Shown here: piece by piece, positions 24,807 to 35,153 of the stretch
How positions within the stretch are numbered: the stretch's first letter is position 1
Layout of the letters: each line of letters opens with the position of its first letter
Source: Strigamia acuminata
Lineage: Eukaryota
DNA length: 64,000 nt
Direction: 5' to 3'
Assembly: GCA_949358305.1 (NCBI GenBank)
Contig: OX442314.1
Coordinates: 31,868,001-31,932,000 of the forward strand
Notes under the pieces: model-generated
Databases searched by the model: none
Told to the model about the DNA's origin: nothing
The model's input: the letters and a program-made list of their open reading frames with translations, nothing else
Made by a program: the position numbers and the translations under genes

Positions 24807-27602
24807 TTATGATTCGTCCATGGTCTGAGTTCGCTCAGGCGTCAACGGGCGCATCATATCCGTGGTGTCGTCCCTCGGGTTGGACCGCTCGTTAACCGTA
24901 CACAGGTCGCGACCTGCGTTTGGTCCGGAGACCATTCCAGGGTTGACATGAAGCCAAACCTGGATGATTCTCGCCGAGTTCGCTCGGTTGAAAAATCCTA
25001 GCGCCGCAAACTCTATGGGATCCTCTGGCGCCAATCGTGCTCTCAGGAGTCGATCGTGGAGCACTGATGGTGGGCTTAACACCCGGATGTGGTCCTCGAG
25101 CCACATAAACACCTGCCTCGACAACTTGTGGTTGTTGCTAAGCAGTGTTCGCGTATCCGGCGTCAAATAGAAGTGCGGATACAGGCGCATCAGGGTCTTG
25201 AAAGCCGACTCTTTTTTCAGCGGCTTGACCTTCGTCTCCGGCTTGGCTGGCGGCGGCGGCGGCGGACGTGAGTCTTCCGTCGTGGCATCGTCAAAATGGC
25301 ACTGCGGGCCCAAGAAAACCAACGCGGGTGCGGAGGTTGACGAGGGTGTGACGCCTCGTCCCGGTGCTCGACCCACACCGGGGAGCTGACGGGTTTCGAC
25401 TACCCGTTGAACTCCGGCTGGAGTTTGAGAACTTCCGGCGTTCTCTGGCCAAAATGAACATCCAGCGCCCTCTTGGGCCGACTGGAAAACAGCCAGTGAC
25501 GCAGCTGCTGTGGCGCTTGTAACTGGAAGCGGTGGTCTTCCGGTCATTCGCGCCGTGGCCTTCGCAAAGGACCACTCGGTTCGCAACCGAACGGCGGCCT
25601 CTTCTTCGGTCTCACCGTTTGCTACGACTTGCTTTATTAGCTCGGCTAAGATCGTAGGCGGGTCGAGCCTGAGGTGGTACCACAGCTCGACTTTCTTCTC
25701 CGACAGGCCCATCGGCGCGGTCCAAAGGTACGTAATGGCCGCTAACGCCTGTCCTGGCGAAGGAAGAACACCAGGGTACAACACCCTAGTCATCCCCGGA
25801 ATTAGCTGACGCTGAAAATCCATCAGACGGGGATCATCAATGGTATTGATGTCGGAGACTTCTAGCCTTTCAGCTAGTCTCTGCCAGTCCTTCTGCGACT
25901 CGGCGATCTGGGCGCTTTGGTATGCGTCCAGCTTCTGGAGCACTTCCTGCTGCGCTCTAATGGGTTGCTGCTCGTAGCAGGTCCATTGTGGGCCGAACGA
26001 CTCACTGAAAAATGGCCGGAGTTGCAGGTTGCTAACTCCAGCCGGCAAGCGGGAAACATAACCTTGTTCGGGCAAGCGGCTAGCGTGTCCAGGTACAGGC
26101 ACGCTACAGTCGGGAGAAATATCACCGACGACACGTCTCATGGCGTATGGAGTAGCCGGGTTGTCCACTTTGAACGTGGAGGCGGTTCGGCTACTTCGGG
26201 CGGACTTAATTGTGGAGTCCGATTCGAAACTCAGCGAAGACGACGAGCCAAACGACTCTGGTGTCCGTCCTCGTCGCGACTGCGGGCGTGATGGCTGCGC
26301 GTCAGTCGAATATGGGCGTGATCGCCTCTGACGTTCCTCTCGATCGCGGCTTGATTCGCGGAACATCGGTCGGACTGGAACCGGCGGAGGGAGTTGCCCC
26401 ACCCTCAAATCCTCGTCTTGCGGCGGAGGATTGATGGCCGCTGGGGCCGGAATTCCATCTTCTTGATAAAAAGGGAGAGCGCAACGCGCTTGCTCCTCTG
26501 CCTCGTGTTCTCGAGCCAGTTGTCGATTTTCGTCGACGCGAAGCTGCACCGCGGCAGCTCGGAGTGCTTTGGACGGGAAAAATCCCGGAAAATCGTTAAA
26601 ACACCCGGCGAGCGCCAACTGGTGGAGCTCGGTTTGTGTGACGGGAAGTTGTGGGTTCCCGTCACGAACGGATTTGCGATACCGTTTAACGACTTCGCGT
26701 TGTGTCGTCTTGAGGTTCTTCCTCAATTGGGTTAGAGCACCGTAATTAATTCCGGTACTCTTTAGCGCTCTTCTGCGCTCGTGACGCTCTCGTGGCGTCA
26801 CTGGCCACTGGTTGTGCAGCAACTCTGCTGCAAGCGGTCCTGGGGGGCTCTCGTCGAGCGTCCACTCGATTTCGTCGACACCGTCCACGTGAAGGCGCTC
26901 GATGAATCTTCCTTTTGCACCAAATCCTTGCAGCGCTGATCTGCTGAAGTCGTGGCGCAACTTCCACCAGGTATTGTTTGCCGTCTTCAGTCTTCTGATT
27001 TTTTCGGGCAATGCCGCTCGAAAAATCAGCGGGTGCTGAGTCGGCACGTGATCGGGAAGCGCGAATGGTGTTTCTCGATCCCTCTCGATCTATATTCGAA
27101 GAAAAATAAATAAATTAGTTTATTTAAAAATAAACAAATAATTTCTTATTTGAAATATTTTTTAAGCTTAGCGCTTGTGGCTGTGAGTCACTAAGGGATG
27201 TTGGTTGTCATGGCAACTCCCTTCGCACATGCTTGAAGCACGTGACTTTTATAGCCGCCATTTTTATTTTTTAGCGGCTTGTGTTTGAAGTCAGGAAAAG
27301 TGAAATTACTCAATTTTTCTGACTTAAACACTTGGTAAAAATTTATTCTAATAATTTACCCGTTGTTGAAGCGTCAATTGAACGTCTTCATTTGCCCCTT
27401 CCATGGGCATTTCTCCGTCCGCCTGGAGTTGGATCGCTTCCTCGTCCATTCTCTTTCGTTTTCCGGTAATTTCGGAAATTCTTTCGTCTTGAAAGAGAAA
27501 TAATACATAAATCTTATGTTTTATCAAATTTTTCATACAGAAAAATTACTTACGATCAGGTTGTCGAACTATTCGGGTCGTAACGTAGGCGATGCGATGC
27601 AT
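24807..27602 (-). CDS. Third gene (ORF3) of the LTR element, unknown function, not Env-like; predicted exons 27602-27554, 27487-27360, 27089-24807 (819 aa)
   Basis: The long ORF has no ATG near its 5' end but is open from an acceptor TTTTTCTTCGAATATAG|ATC at 27090/27089. Introns 27553-27488 (GTAAGT...TTTCAAG, 66 nt) and 27359-27090 (GTAAAT...ATAG, 270 nt) join an ATG at 27602 in frame. A homologous frame is open in copy 2. The CDS is secure; the exon model is inferred. Confidence 0.75.
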
Positions 27603-27791
27603 ACACTCTCGAAACTTTTGAAAAAGTGACTAAGTTCGTTGATTGCAAACACGAACTTGGATTAGAGACGCTTTGTGACGTCACTAATTATAACGTATGA
27701 TTAACGTTGTCATTCGAGTGGGTACTACGAATGACGTCACGAGATTGCTTTCTCGGATCTTTTGGGTAAACCCAAAAGGTGAAAGACAACA

Positions 27792-30700
27792 CTATGTCTT
27801 GGCTCGCGGAACGCGAGATCTCAAGTTGTACTTTGACTTTCGCGAAGTACAATCCAACTTGTTTAGATTGTCATCAGCATCGTCTCCAATGTCAGATGAG
27901 TTATATACTTCATTGTTTGAAATTTTCTCTTTTTCTAAAAACATTTCCTTTTCTAGATTTTCATCAAGAGAAACATTTTCAAGTCGCTGGTTTATTTCAT
28001 CGACTTCGTTATTTTTGAGTTTCGATTTTTTACTCGATTCCGTGTTTTCGACAGGAATTTTGGATAATTTAGCATCATCCAAGGTATTAACAATATTCTT
28101 TGTTTTTTGACCCACTTCCTCCCCTTCCAGCCAAATTTCTTGGTTGAAAACGGGAAAGTACGGCATTAATTCAGTGCCGTGAACAGCTGGATAAATTTTA
28201 TTATCACTCAGCCGTCGAAGTTGAAAGGCGCCTCCTTGTAACCTTTTGATAATTACATAAGGCCCATTCCTTTTCGGTGAAATGCCTGCTGCTATTCCTT
28301 TAGCGGCATTTGAGAGAATATGAGACTCTCGCCAGACTAAATCATTTTGTCTGAAGTTGTCGAATTTCTTATCTGATTTTTCAGCTTCGACACGGCGTCT
28401 CAAATCTAAGACGTGAGACATCATATGCTGATACGTCTCTGCAATTATTGTTTCTAATTTCTGAACATATAAATGCGGATTTTTTGGATCAATGACTAAA
28501 ATTCCTTCCGGAATTCTTGGATCCCAAGGAATTCTTAATTCTCGGAAAAAATTTAAGAAAGCAGGAGAATAATCTCTGCCTCTTGTTACAGTTGTTCTCA
28601 AACTGAATGCAAATTCGCGTAGATACTCATCCCATTGGTCATGAATATCTAAATAAATCGAAACTAAATATTTAATATCTCGATTGGTTCTCTCCACAGG
28701 ATTGCTTTGTGGATGATAAATCGATGTCGGTGTTCGCGACATGTCGAATTTTTTGCAAAATTCTTTATAGACCTGTGATCGAAATTGTGGTCCATTATCA
28801 CTTATGATTTGTCTCGGAAATCCGAAAGTCATTGATAAGTGATAAATTGTGTTGGCAACTTTTATTGCCGTTGGATTACACATTGGAAATAATTCGGGCC
28901 AATGTGTAGCGACATCTACGATGACGCAAATGTGGGTATTGTTTTTTCTGGTTCTTGGTTTGGGACCAGACAAATCCACACTGAGGCAGTCAAATGGTCC
29001 AAATGGTCCAATTTGAGCGCCTTCAATTTCGGTCTTTGATCTCGGCTTACATGCCTGACATCCTTGACAATGTTGAATAAAACGTGTAATATCACGTTTC
29101 ATACCTTTCCAGGTATAAACTCTTCGAGTTCGGTACATTGTCCTCGCAATGCCTGGGTGGCCGGACAGTGGATGTCCGTGCATCAACCAAATGATTTTAT
29201 AAATCAATTTTCTTGGCACAACAACTTTAAGTGCCCTACCATCCTCTCCCAATTCATCGGTGGAGGTAGGATGATAATGGAGTAGCATATCTTCTTCAAT
29301 GAGATAAGTACTCGCGTGTCTTTCAAAGTTTCTTCTTTGAAGACGAGTTACTATGTAACTTGGATATTGCTTGTTTAGCAAGTAATTGCGAATATGTTGG
29401 CAAAATTCGTCTGCTTTTTGCGCTGCAATAATGTCATCTCTCGTTGGAGGATCACATTCTAATTGCTTCGCAATTTTAGCTGCAAATGCTTTAATTAAAA
29501 CATTTGTTGTTGGCAGCTCGAATTTTTTAGCCATCATAGCTCTTAATTCGACGTCAGGGGTTCCTGACGGATCATGCATGTTAATACAAAAATTAATTAA
29601 TGCTTGATCGTCGTCATTAACTATTATTGACTTGGGTAATTCGTTCAATTTTCCCATTTGCCAACTTCGGCAAGGAGATGGACAATATGATAATAAATCA
29701 TCATTATCGCCATCGTCTTCTGGTTCGTCAGGTGCGCTGACAGGTGCACGTGACAATGCGTCTGCTATTACATTCAGCGGACCTTTGACGTATTGTATTT
29801 CGAACGAATACGCCATTAGCTCCATTTGCCAACGAGCTAATCTGCCCGACGGGTCAGATAACGACATCAACCACTTAAGTGCTTGGTGATCCGTTTGTAC
29901 AGTGAATGTAGTGTACTCTAAGTATGGGCGAAATTTGCGTAATCCCCATACTACTGCGAGACATTCTAATTCTGTCACAGTATAATTCTTTTCAGCGGGT
30001 TGCAAGCTTCTGCTTGCATACACGCATGGCATTTCGACTTCTTGGCCATCCACAATTTTCTTTTGTGTAAGGGCTGCACCCAACCCTTGTTTACTGGCGT
30101 CAGTATGAACAATAAATGGCATGTACAAGTCAGGCATCTTCATTGTTTCAGCATTCGTAAGCAGGTCTTTTATTGCGTCGAATGCTGCTTGATGATGCAG
30201 TTCCCAATCGAACTCCGCATCTTTCTTCAAGAGTGGCCTTAGTGGTTCTGCCACTGTGGCCAAATTCTTGATTAGGCGGTGAAAGAAATTCACCATGCCT
30301 AGAAATCTTTGTAATTCCTTAAGATTGGTAGGAGCAGGAAATTGCGTAATTGCAGCGACTTTTTTAGGGTCTACTGCAAGTCCTTCTACTCCTACTTTGT
30401 AGCCTAGAAAAATTAATTCCTTTCTACAGAGATGCGTCTTGCCAGGGTGCGCATGTAAATTAGCTTCTGCCAATTTTTTAAACACTATATCTAAATGTTT
30501 AATGTGTTCTTCGAACGATTTGGATACAACAATTATGTCATCCAAATATGCCCATGCAAATTTTCTGTAAACGTCACCCAAAACTTTTTCCATTAATTCT
30601 TGGAAGGTAGTTGGTGCGTTTACTAATCCGAAAGGCATAACTAAAAACATTAGTCTTCCCATTGGGCTCCAGAAGGCAGTTTTTTCTCTGTCTTCAGGGC

Positions 30701-32051
30701 GCAATTCTATCTGCCAATATCCCTTGGTCAGATCTATAGTACTGACCCACTCGAATTCTCCGATTTCTCGCAGAATTTCCTCAATTGTTGGCATTTGAGG
30801 TGGGTTGTACTTAGTATGTGTATTGATGGGGCGAAAATCAATGCACAAGCGTGGGTCGTTTCCTGGTCGCATGACTAGGACTGGCCTCATTCCGTAATCG
30901 CCTTCAGCTTTGACGACTACGCCTTTGTCAATCATGTCTTGACAAAGTTGTCTGATTATTTCCCTTTTTTGAGGGTTTATGCTCTTAAAGGGGACACGGA
31001 TGGGTTTCTCCGTGTCAAGCTCAATTTTGTGCTTAACCAGGTGTGTTTTACCTGGATCTTTAGAAATAATCCTTTTATGTTTGGATAACATCTTTTCTAA
31101 TAATTTGGATTGCTCCAAATTTAAGTTAGCTTCTTTGACTAACTTTTGGATGAAATTCTCTTCATCAATTTTGCTTTGAGTTACACTTGCAGCGTAAGCT
31201 TTTGCAAAGGTCACAAATGAGGAATCGGGTTCCTCTATTTTCTCCAAATAACGATCCAGCAACGCTTGTGGAATGTAGGGTAAATCTGCATCCACAGGTT
31301 GCGTGAAATTCCAAGACATCGTCTGTGGATTAGGTTGGATTTTTAATTTATTCATAAAATCGCAACCCAATAGTACCATTGGATACTTATTTGGTATTAC
31401 GATGAACGGATGACGTAACGTGCCATGTGTCCATCGAAATGAAAGATGAATGGTTCCATCTGGAGTGACTTCTTCACTTGCCGTCGTGACTCTGACACCA
31501 GGTCCGATAGGTCGTAGATATTTTTCTAGACCTAATTGATTAATAACTGAAGTGGCTAGGAAGCTTTTATTTGCTCCTGAGTCCAACATTCCGGTTATTA
31601 CACCTTTTAACGTTTCTAACTTTAACGTCGGAAGGTCTTGGCTGTTTGGTATTCCAGCCACTTTGCACTCAAACTTGCGCAATTTATGAGGAATTGTAAT
31701 TGGAGGCTCCAAAGGCAATTCATCTAATAACTCATTGGTATCAAGAGTTGTAGTTGCAAATAACTTAATGCATTCCTCAATTCCAGGTGTCTCTGGAACT
31801 GAGCTTGGTCTATCGTCTTTAACTTCGACTTTATCTTGAATATTGGAAGTGTCTTCTTCAGTCGGGGTTTCGCCGACAATCTCCTTTTTTACATCAAGAG
31901 ATCCATTTTCTTTTAGTTCAGTTTGACGAATTAATTCATCAATAGCTTCTCCAACATCTTCCATTATCTTCAGATTTTCATTCTCTGATTCCGATTTCGG
32001 AGGTGACGCAGCGTCCACTAGACCTGATGGATCTGCGTCTACAAGTTTTTT
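27792..32051 (-). CDS. pol: Pol (protease, reverse transcriptase, RNase H, integrase), expressed by -1 frameshift from gag
   Basis: LDSGA (PR); YLDD and MPFGL.NAP (RT); TDAS...ELECLA...TDH...ADALSR (RH); H-H-C-C, D..D..E and GPY (IN). Confidence 0.96.
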   Translation of the reverse strand, partial: KKLVDADPSGLVDAASPPKSESENENLKIMEDVGEAIDELIRQTELKENGSLDVKKEIVGETPTEEDTSNIQDKVEVKDDRPSSVPETPGIEECIKLFATTTLDTNELLDELPLEPPITIPHKLRKFECKVAGIPNSQDLPTLKLETLKGVITGMLDSGANKSFLATSVINQLGLEKYLRPIGPGVRVTTASEEVTPDGTIHLSFRWTHGTLRHPFIVIPNKYPMVLLGCDFMNKLKIQPNPQTMSWNFTQPVDADLPYIPQALLDRYLEKIEEPDSSFVTFAKAYAASVTQSKIDEENFIQKLVKEANLNLEQSKLLEKMLSKHKRIISKDPGKTHLVKHKIELDTEKPIRVPFKSINPQKREIIRQLCQDMIDKGVVVKAEGDYGMRPVLVMRPGNDPRLCIDFRPINTHTKYNPPQMPTIEEILREIGEFEWVSTIDLTKGYWQIELRPEDREKTAFWSPMGRLMFLVMPFGLVNAPTTFQELMEKVLGDVYRKFAWAYLDDIIVVSKSFEEHIKHLDIVFKKLAEANLHAHPGKTHLCRKELIFLGYKVGVEGLAVDPKKVAAITQFPAPTNLKELQRFLGMVNFFHRLIKNLATVAEPLRPLLKKDAEFDWELHHQAAFDAIKDLLTNAETMKMPDLYMPFIVHTDASKQGLGAALTQKKIVDGQEVEMPCVYASRSLQPAEKNYTVTELECLAVVWGLRKFRPYLEYTTFTVQTDHQALKWLMSLSDPSGRLARWQMELMAYSFEIQYVKGPLNVIADALSRAPVSAPDEPEDDGDNDDLLSYCPSPCRSWQMGKLNELPKSIIVNDDDQALINFCINMHDPSGTPDVELRAMMAKKFELPTTNVLIKAFAAKIAKQLECDPPTRDDIIAAQKADEFCQHIRNYLLNKQYPSYIVTRLQRRNFERHASTYLIEEDMLLHYHPTSTDELGEDGRALKVVVPRKLIYKIIWLMHGHPLSGHPGIARTMYRTRRVYTWKGMKRDITRFIQHCQGCQACKPRSKTEIEGAQIGPFGPFDCLSVDLSGPKPRTRKNNTHICVIVDVATHWPELFPMCNPTAIKVANTIYHLSMTFGFPRQIISDNGPQFRSQVYKEFCKKFDMSRTPTSIYHPQSNPVERTNRDIKYLVSIYLDIHDQWDEYLREFAFSLRTTVTRGRDYSPAFLNFFRELRIPWDPRIPEGILVIDPKNPHLYVQKLETIIAETYQHMMSHVLDLRRRVEAEKSDKKFDNFRQNDLVWRESHILSNAAKGIAAGISPKRNGPYVIIKRLQGGAFQLRRLSDNKIYPAVHGTELMPYFPVFNQEIWLEGEEVGQKTKNIVNTLDDAKLSKIPVENTESSKKSKLKNNEVDEINQRLENVSLDENLEKEMFLEKEKISNNEVYNSSDIGDDADDNLNKLDCTSRKSKYNLRSRVPRAKT
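32005..32051 (-). other. -1 programmed ribosomal frameshift signal (copy 1)
   Basis: Slippery A_AAA_AAC at 32051-32045, a 5-nt spacer, then hairpin GACGCAG...CTGCGTC. Pol is in the -1 frame relative to gag. Confidence 0.85.
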
Positions 32052-35000
32052 CGAAACATGTCAGTTATGATCTTGACTGCTTTTTCAAACTCAGCTGTTG
32101 ACACTGGTTTGTCCTTTTTAGAGGAAGGGCAGTCTTTTTGCCAATGCCCTAATTTTTTGCATAAATTGCATGGATCAGTGGCAGGCGATTTCTTTTTCGT
32201 TGCTGCTGGCGAGGCAGGACGAGAACGAGCGTCAGACCGGCGCTCTGGCGACACCGCGGGTGATTTTGAATTCCTTTCGGTATTCACCTTTGATGCGTCA
32301 AATGAAACATTTTTTGGTTTCATTTTTGGCTTCCATTTGCCTGCAACGGGGTTATTTTTTGCTAACAGCGCCGCTGCTTTGGCTAATAAAGCCAACGTCT
32401 CATCTCCTGCTTCCTCCTCCTCTTCAGCTTCTTCAGCTTCAGACGACGGAGTTTCAGCTCCAGTTATATTTGCATGTAACTTAGGAACTGAATGAGGATT
32501 TTTGACGTCCTTTTTGGAAGATTCTTTTTTCGAACTCTTCTCATCCACTTCGTCTAGAAAGTCTTCGTAACTAGGTGGCTGCAACAATTTCAAACCATTA
32601 AAGGTTTCATTGTTTTGCTCAGCGAGTCTTTTCTCTCGCTTTAAGTACGCTGACCTTTCGCTTTCTGTAAGGTAAGCTTTGTACTTTTCGTCAATGCGCA
32701 ATTGATTGACTTCCATGAACTCGTTTAACTCGGAGAATTTCCCCGGGTCGGGAGCGTCCGACATCATCAGAATATTTTTACTATATTCTGTGAGGCCAGC
32801 TCTAAACTGATCATCTGCTGTTGCATCAGTAACAGCATGTGGCATTCTGCCAAGCAGATTCTCTGCTCTTAGCATGTACGAATGTAAGCTTTCGCCTTTT
32901 CGTTGCTTAAGACATCTCCAAAGCGTCTTGATGTCTTCGCTCGATTCACCAAATTTAAACATAAATTGTTTAACGAAGTCATCCCACTTCGTGAAGTCTT
33001 TCCTGCGAAACCACTCCTTGACACCGCCAACTAGTATTCTTGGTACTAGATGGGCCAATGCACCTTCACAGCTAAAACTGTGAACTTTGCCTAGTTCGAA
33101 TATTTCCAGCAAGAGGTTTGACCCTGCTTGCCAATTTCCATTATAGGCATGTGGGATAACTCGATCCCATCTAATGAACTTTTCATCTGTTGTTTGATGA
33201 GTCCATTTATCAGAAGTAAATTCACTTATTTTTTGCAAAATAATTTTATCCCTTCTGCTTTTTCGCTGTTGTTGAGCATTTTGCCTCAACAACTGGTCAA
33301 TCTCATCTTTCGTGTAAAAATCGGGTCTTTGAGTTCTACTACGTGTTCTGTGACGAGATCGCCCTCTCACACTGGGACGTGAGGAATCTGTATCTGACGC
33401 AGATTCATGATTCGGATTTGGCGGCGGATCAGGGTCCGGAGGATCGTCGCCATCTGGCGGACGACGGTCTCCATTTGGTGGTCCCCTTCCATTTCGATTG
33501 CCATTCGAATTGTGGTCACGTGAGTGGCCACCTCCATGTCCATCTGAACTGTCTCCACCTGGTGGGTCACCACCTGGCGGATTTCCACGGTATCTCGGCC
33601 CATCACGGATGTCGTTGTGACAATCTCGTTTTGGTGAGCCTTCTCGCGGATTATCGTGTGACCGTCCACGATCGTGTGGTTTCTCACGTTCTTTATTCTT
33701 TTTCGCCAGCAATCCAATTAATTGGTCACTATTGCTAAAGAATCTATCCGAATTTTGCGGAACTTTTGGGGAATGATATTCGGTCGGGTCTGGTTGTCGC
33801 TTTCTCTTTTTGCGACTGTGATGACTATTACGGCTTCCACGACTACTGCGTGAGTCATCGCTGTCAGTCCAACTTGATTGTCGACTGACTTTTGGTTTAG
33901 CTGATGTTAAATCAATCAACTCAGGTGATTTGGAAGCACCTTTTTGCAAAACTGGGGCTGGCTTTGCAAAATTATCTTCGCCACAAACGTCTTGTACTTT
34001 TTGTACGACTACTGCAAAGTTTTCTTGTACCGTCAATAGATCTGCGCGAAGAATTTCGTTTTCACGAGCTTGCGCAGCTAAGTCGGCACGTAATAACTGC
34101 TCTGCAGTGCTTAGACTTTTGGCGGCTTGACCAGCATCAATTACAGACTGCTGTCGAGCGAGAAATACTTCGTTTTCTCGTTGTGCTAATCTCTTAGCTC
34201 TTGCTGCTTGTTCTACAGCATAATTCTCGTAATTTCGAGAACATGAGGGGATTATTTCCCTCGCTCGAACTGGGGCGGTTAGTTCGGCAGTCATTAAATT
34301 TGTGTTGGCTTCTCGCAAATTTGCGTTGGCCAATCTCAAATTTTCATTAGCAATTTCTAAATCTTTTTGTGCTTGATTTAGTTGCTCGAGCCTTTGTTGT
34401 TGCTCTTCGTCAGTAATTAGCCAGGAAGCTTTTTCCTGCTCTAATTGTAACAACTTAACATGGTCATTCGCACGTTGTTGTTTTAGTTCGGCATTTTGCT
34501 GATGCATTTCTGCACGCATTCGCTCGAACTCTGCTTGCAAGCTTGTTCTGACGATTTCAACGTCTTTTTGACTTTGTTTGCGAACCATAGCTTTGTGGAT
34601 TTGTTCCACAGTCATTTCGCTAGTGACTTTTACTCCCTCGAGCCTAGCTTGCTCACGGAGTGCGTCCATCATGGTAACACGCACTGGAGAATGAGAAACT
34701 TCCATGTTGGAGTTCTCTAAATCTTGCTGTGCTGCACCTTGGACTGGTGATGAATTCAGCGAGTGCTCTGCACTTGATGATTGAATTCGTAAATTCAAAT
34801 CATCATTTTGCGACTTGGAACGGCCACTTCCAGTTGGATTATTTAAGTCCAACTGGCCGCTTGGCGGGGATGGCTGTTGTCGCTCCAACGCTTGCGTGAA
34901 TTCATTCACGATTAACTGTGCCGAGTTACAGTTAGCTGTTTGATCCATGGCTTCAAACAGTTCTTGTGACTCAGTCACTTCTTGATCCACGATTGGTAGA

Positions 35001-35062
35001 TCGATCGCCACTCGTCTCTTCGCCGGCCTTCCTCTCGGTCTCTTCTCTGAAGGAGTCGCCAT
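32039..35062 (-). CDS. gag: Gag (1007 aa) with long coiled-coil/disordered N-terminus, retrotransposon-gag core and CCHC zinc knuckle
   Basis: WF...W.DF...F...F and LKQRKGES...Y capsid-type motifs; CNLCKKLGHWQKDC knuckle. Confidence 0.93.
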   Translation of the reverse strand: MATPSEKRPRGRPAKRRVAIDLPIVDQEVTESQELFEAMDQTANCNSAQLIVNEFTQALERQQPSPPSGQLDLNNPTGSGRSKSQNDDLNLRIQSSSAEHSLNSSPVQGAAQQDLENSNMEVSHSPVRVTMMDALREQARLEGVKVTSEMTVEQIHKAMVRKQSQKDVEIVRTSLQAEFERMRAEMHQQNAELKQQRANDHVKLLQLEQEKASWLITDEEQQQRLEQLNQAQKDLEIANENLRLANANLREANTNLMTAELTAPVRAREIIPSCSRNYENYAVEQAARAKRLAQRENEVFLARQQSVIDAGQAAKSLSTAEQLLRADLAAQARENEILRADLLTVQENFAVVVQKVQDVCGEDNFAKPAPVLQKGASKSPELIDLTSAKPKVSRQSSWTDSDDSRSSRGSRNSHHSRKKRKRQPDPTEYHSPKVPQNSDRFFSNSDQLIGLLAKKNKEREKPHDRGRSHDNPREGSPKRDCHNDIRDGPRYRGNPPGGDPPGGDSSDGHGGGHSRDHNSNGNRNGRGPPNGDRRPPDGDDPPDPDPPPNPNHESASDTDSSRPSVRGRSRHRTRSRTQRPDFYTKDEIDQLLRQNAQQQRKSRRDKIILQKISEFTSDKWTHQTTDEKFIRWDRVIPHAYNGNWQAGSNLLLEIFELGKVHSFSCEGALAHLVPRILVGGVKEWFRRKDFTKWDDFVKQFMFKFGESSEDIKTLWRCLKQRKGESLHSYMLRAENLLGRMPHAVTDATADDQFRAGLTEYSKNILMMSDAPDPGKFSELNEFMEVNQLRIDEKYKAYLTESERSAYLKREKRLAEQNNETFNGLKLLQPPSYEDFLDEVDEKSSKKESSKKDVKNPHSVPKLHANITGAETPSSEAEEAEEEEEAGDETLALLAKAAALLAKNNPVAGKWKPKMKPKNVSFDASKVNTERNSKSPAVSPERRSDARSRPASPAATKKKSPATDPCNLCKKLGHWQKDCPSSKKDKPVSTAEFEKAVKIITDMFRKNL

Positions 35063-35153
35063 TTTTCAATGAGGATTTAGAAAGGATAGAGAAGAAAGAT
35101 AAGCAAGATAAAAATGGCGGGTAAATTTTAACTAACAAAGTTATACAATGACT

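Noticed and set aside
24807..27047. ORF3 as a retroviral or errantivirus env
   Set aside because: The position fits, but no signal peptide, fusion peptide or C-terminal transmembrane anchor is visible.
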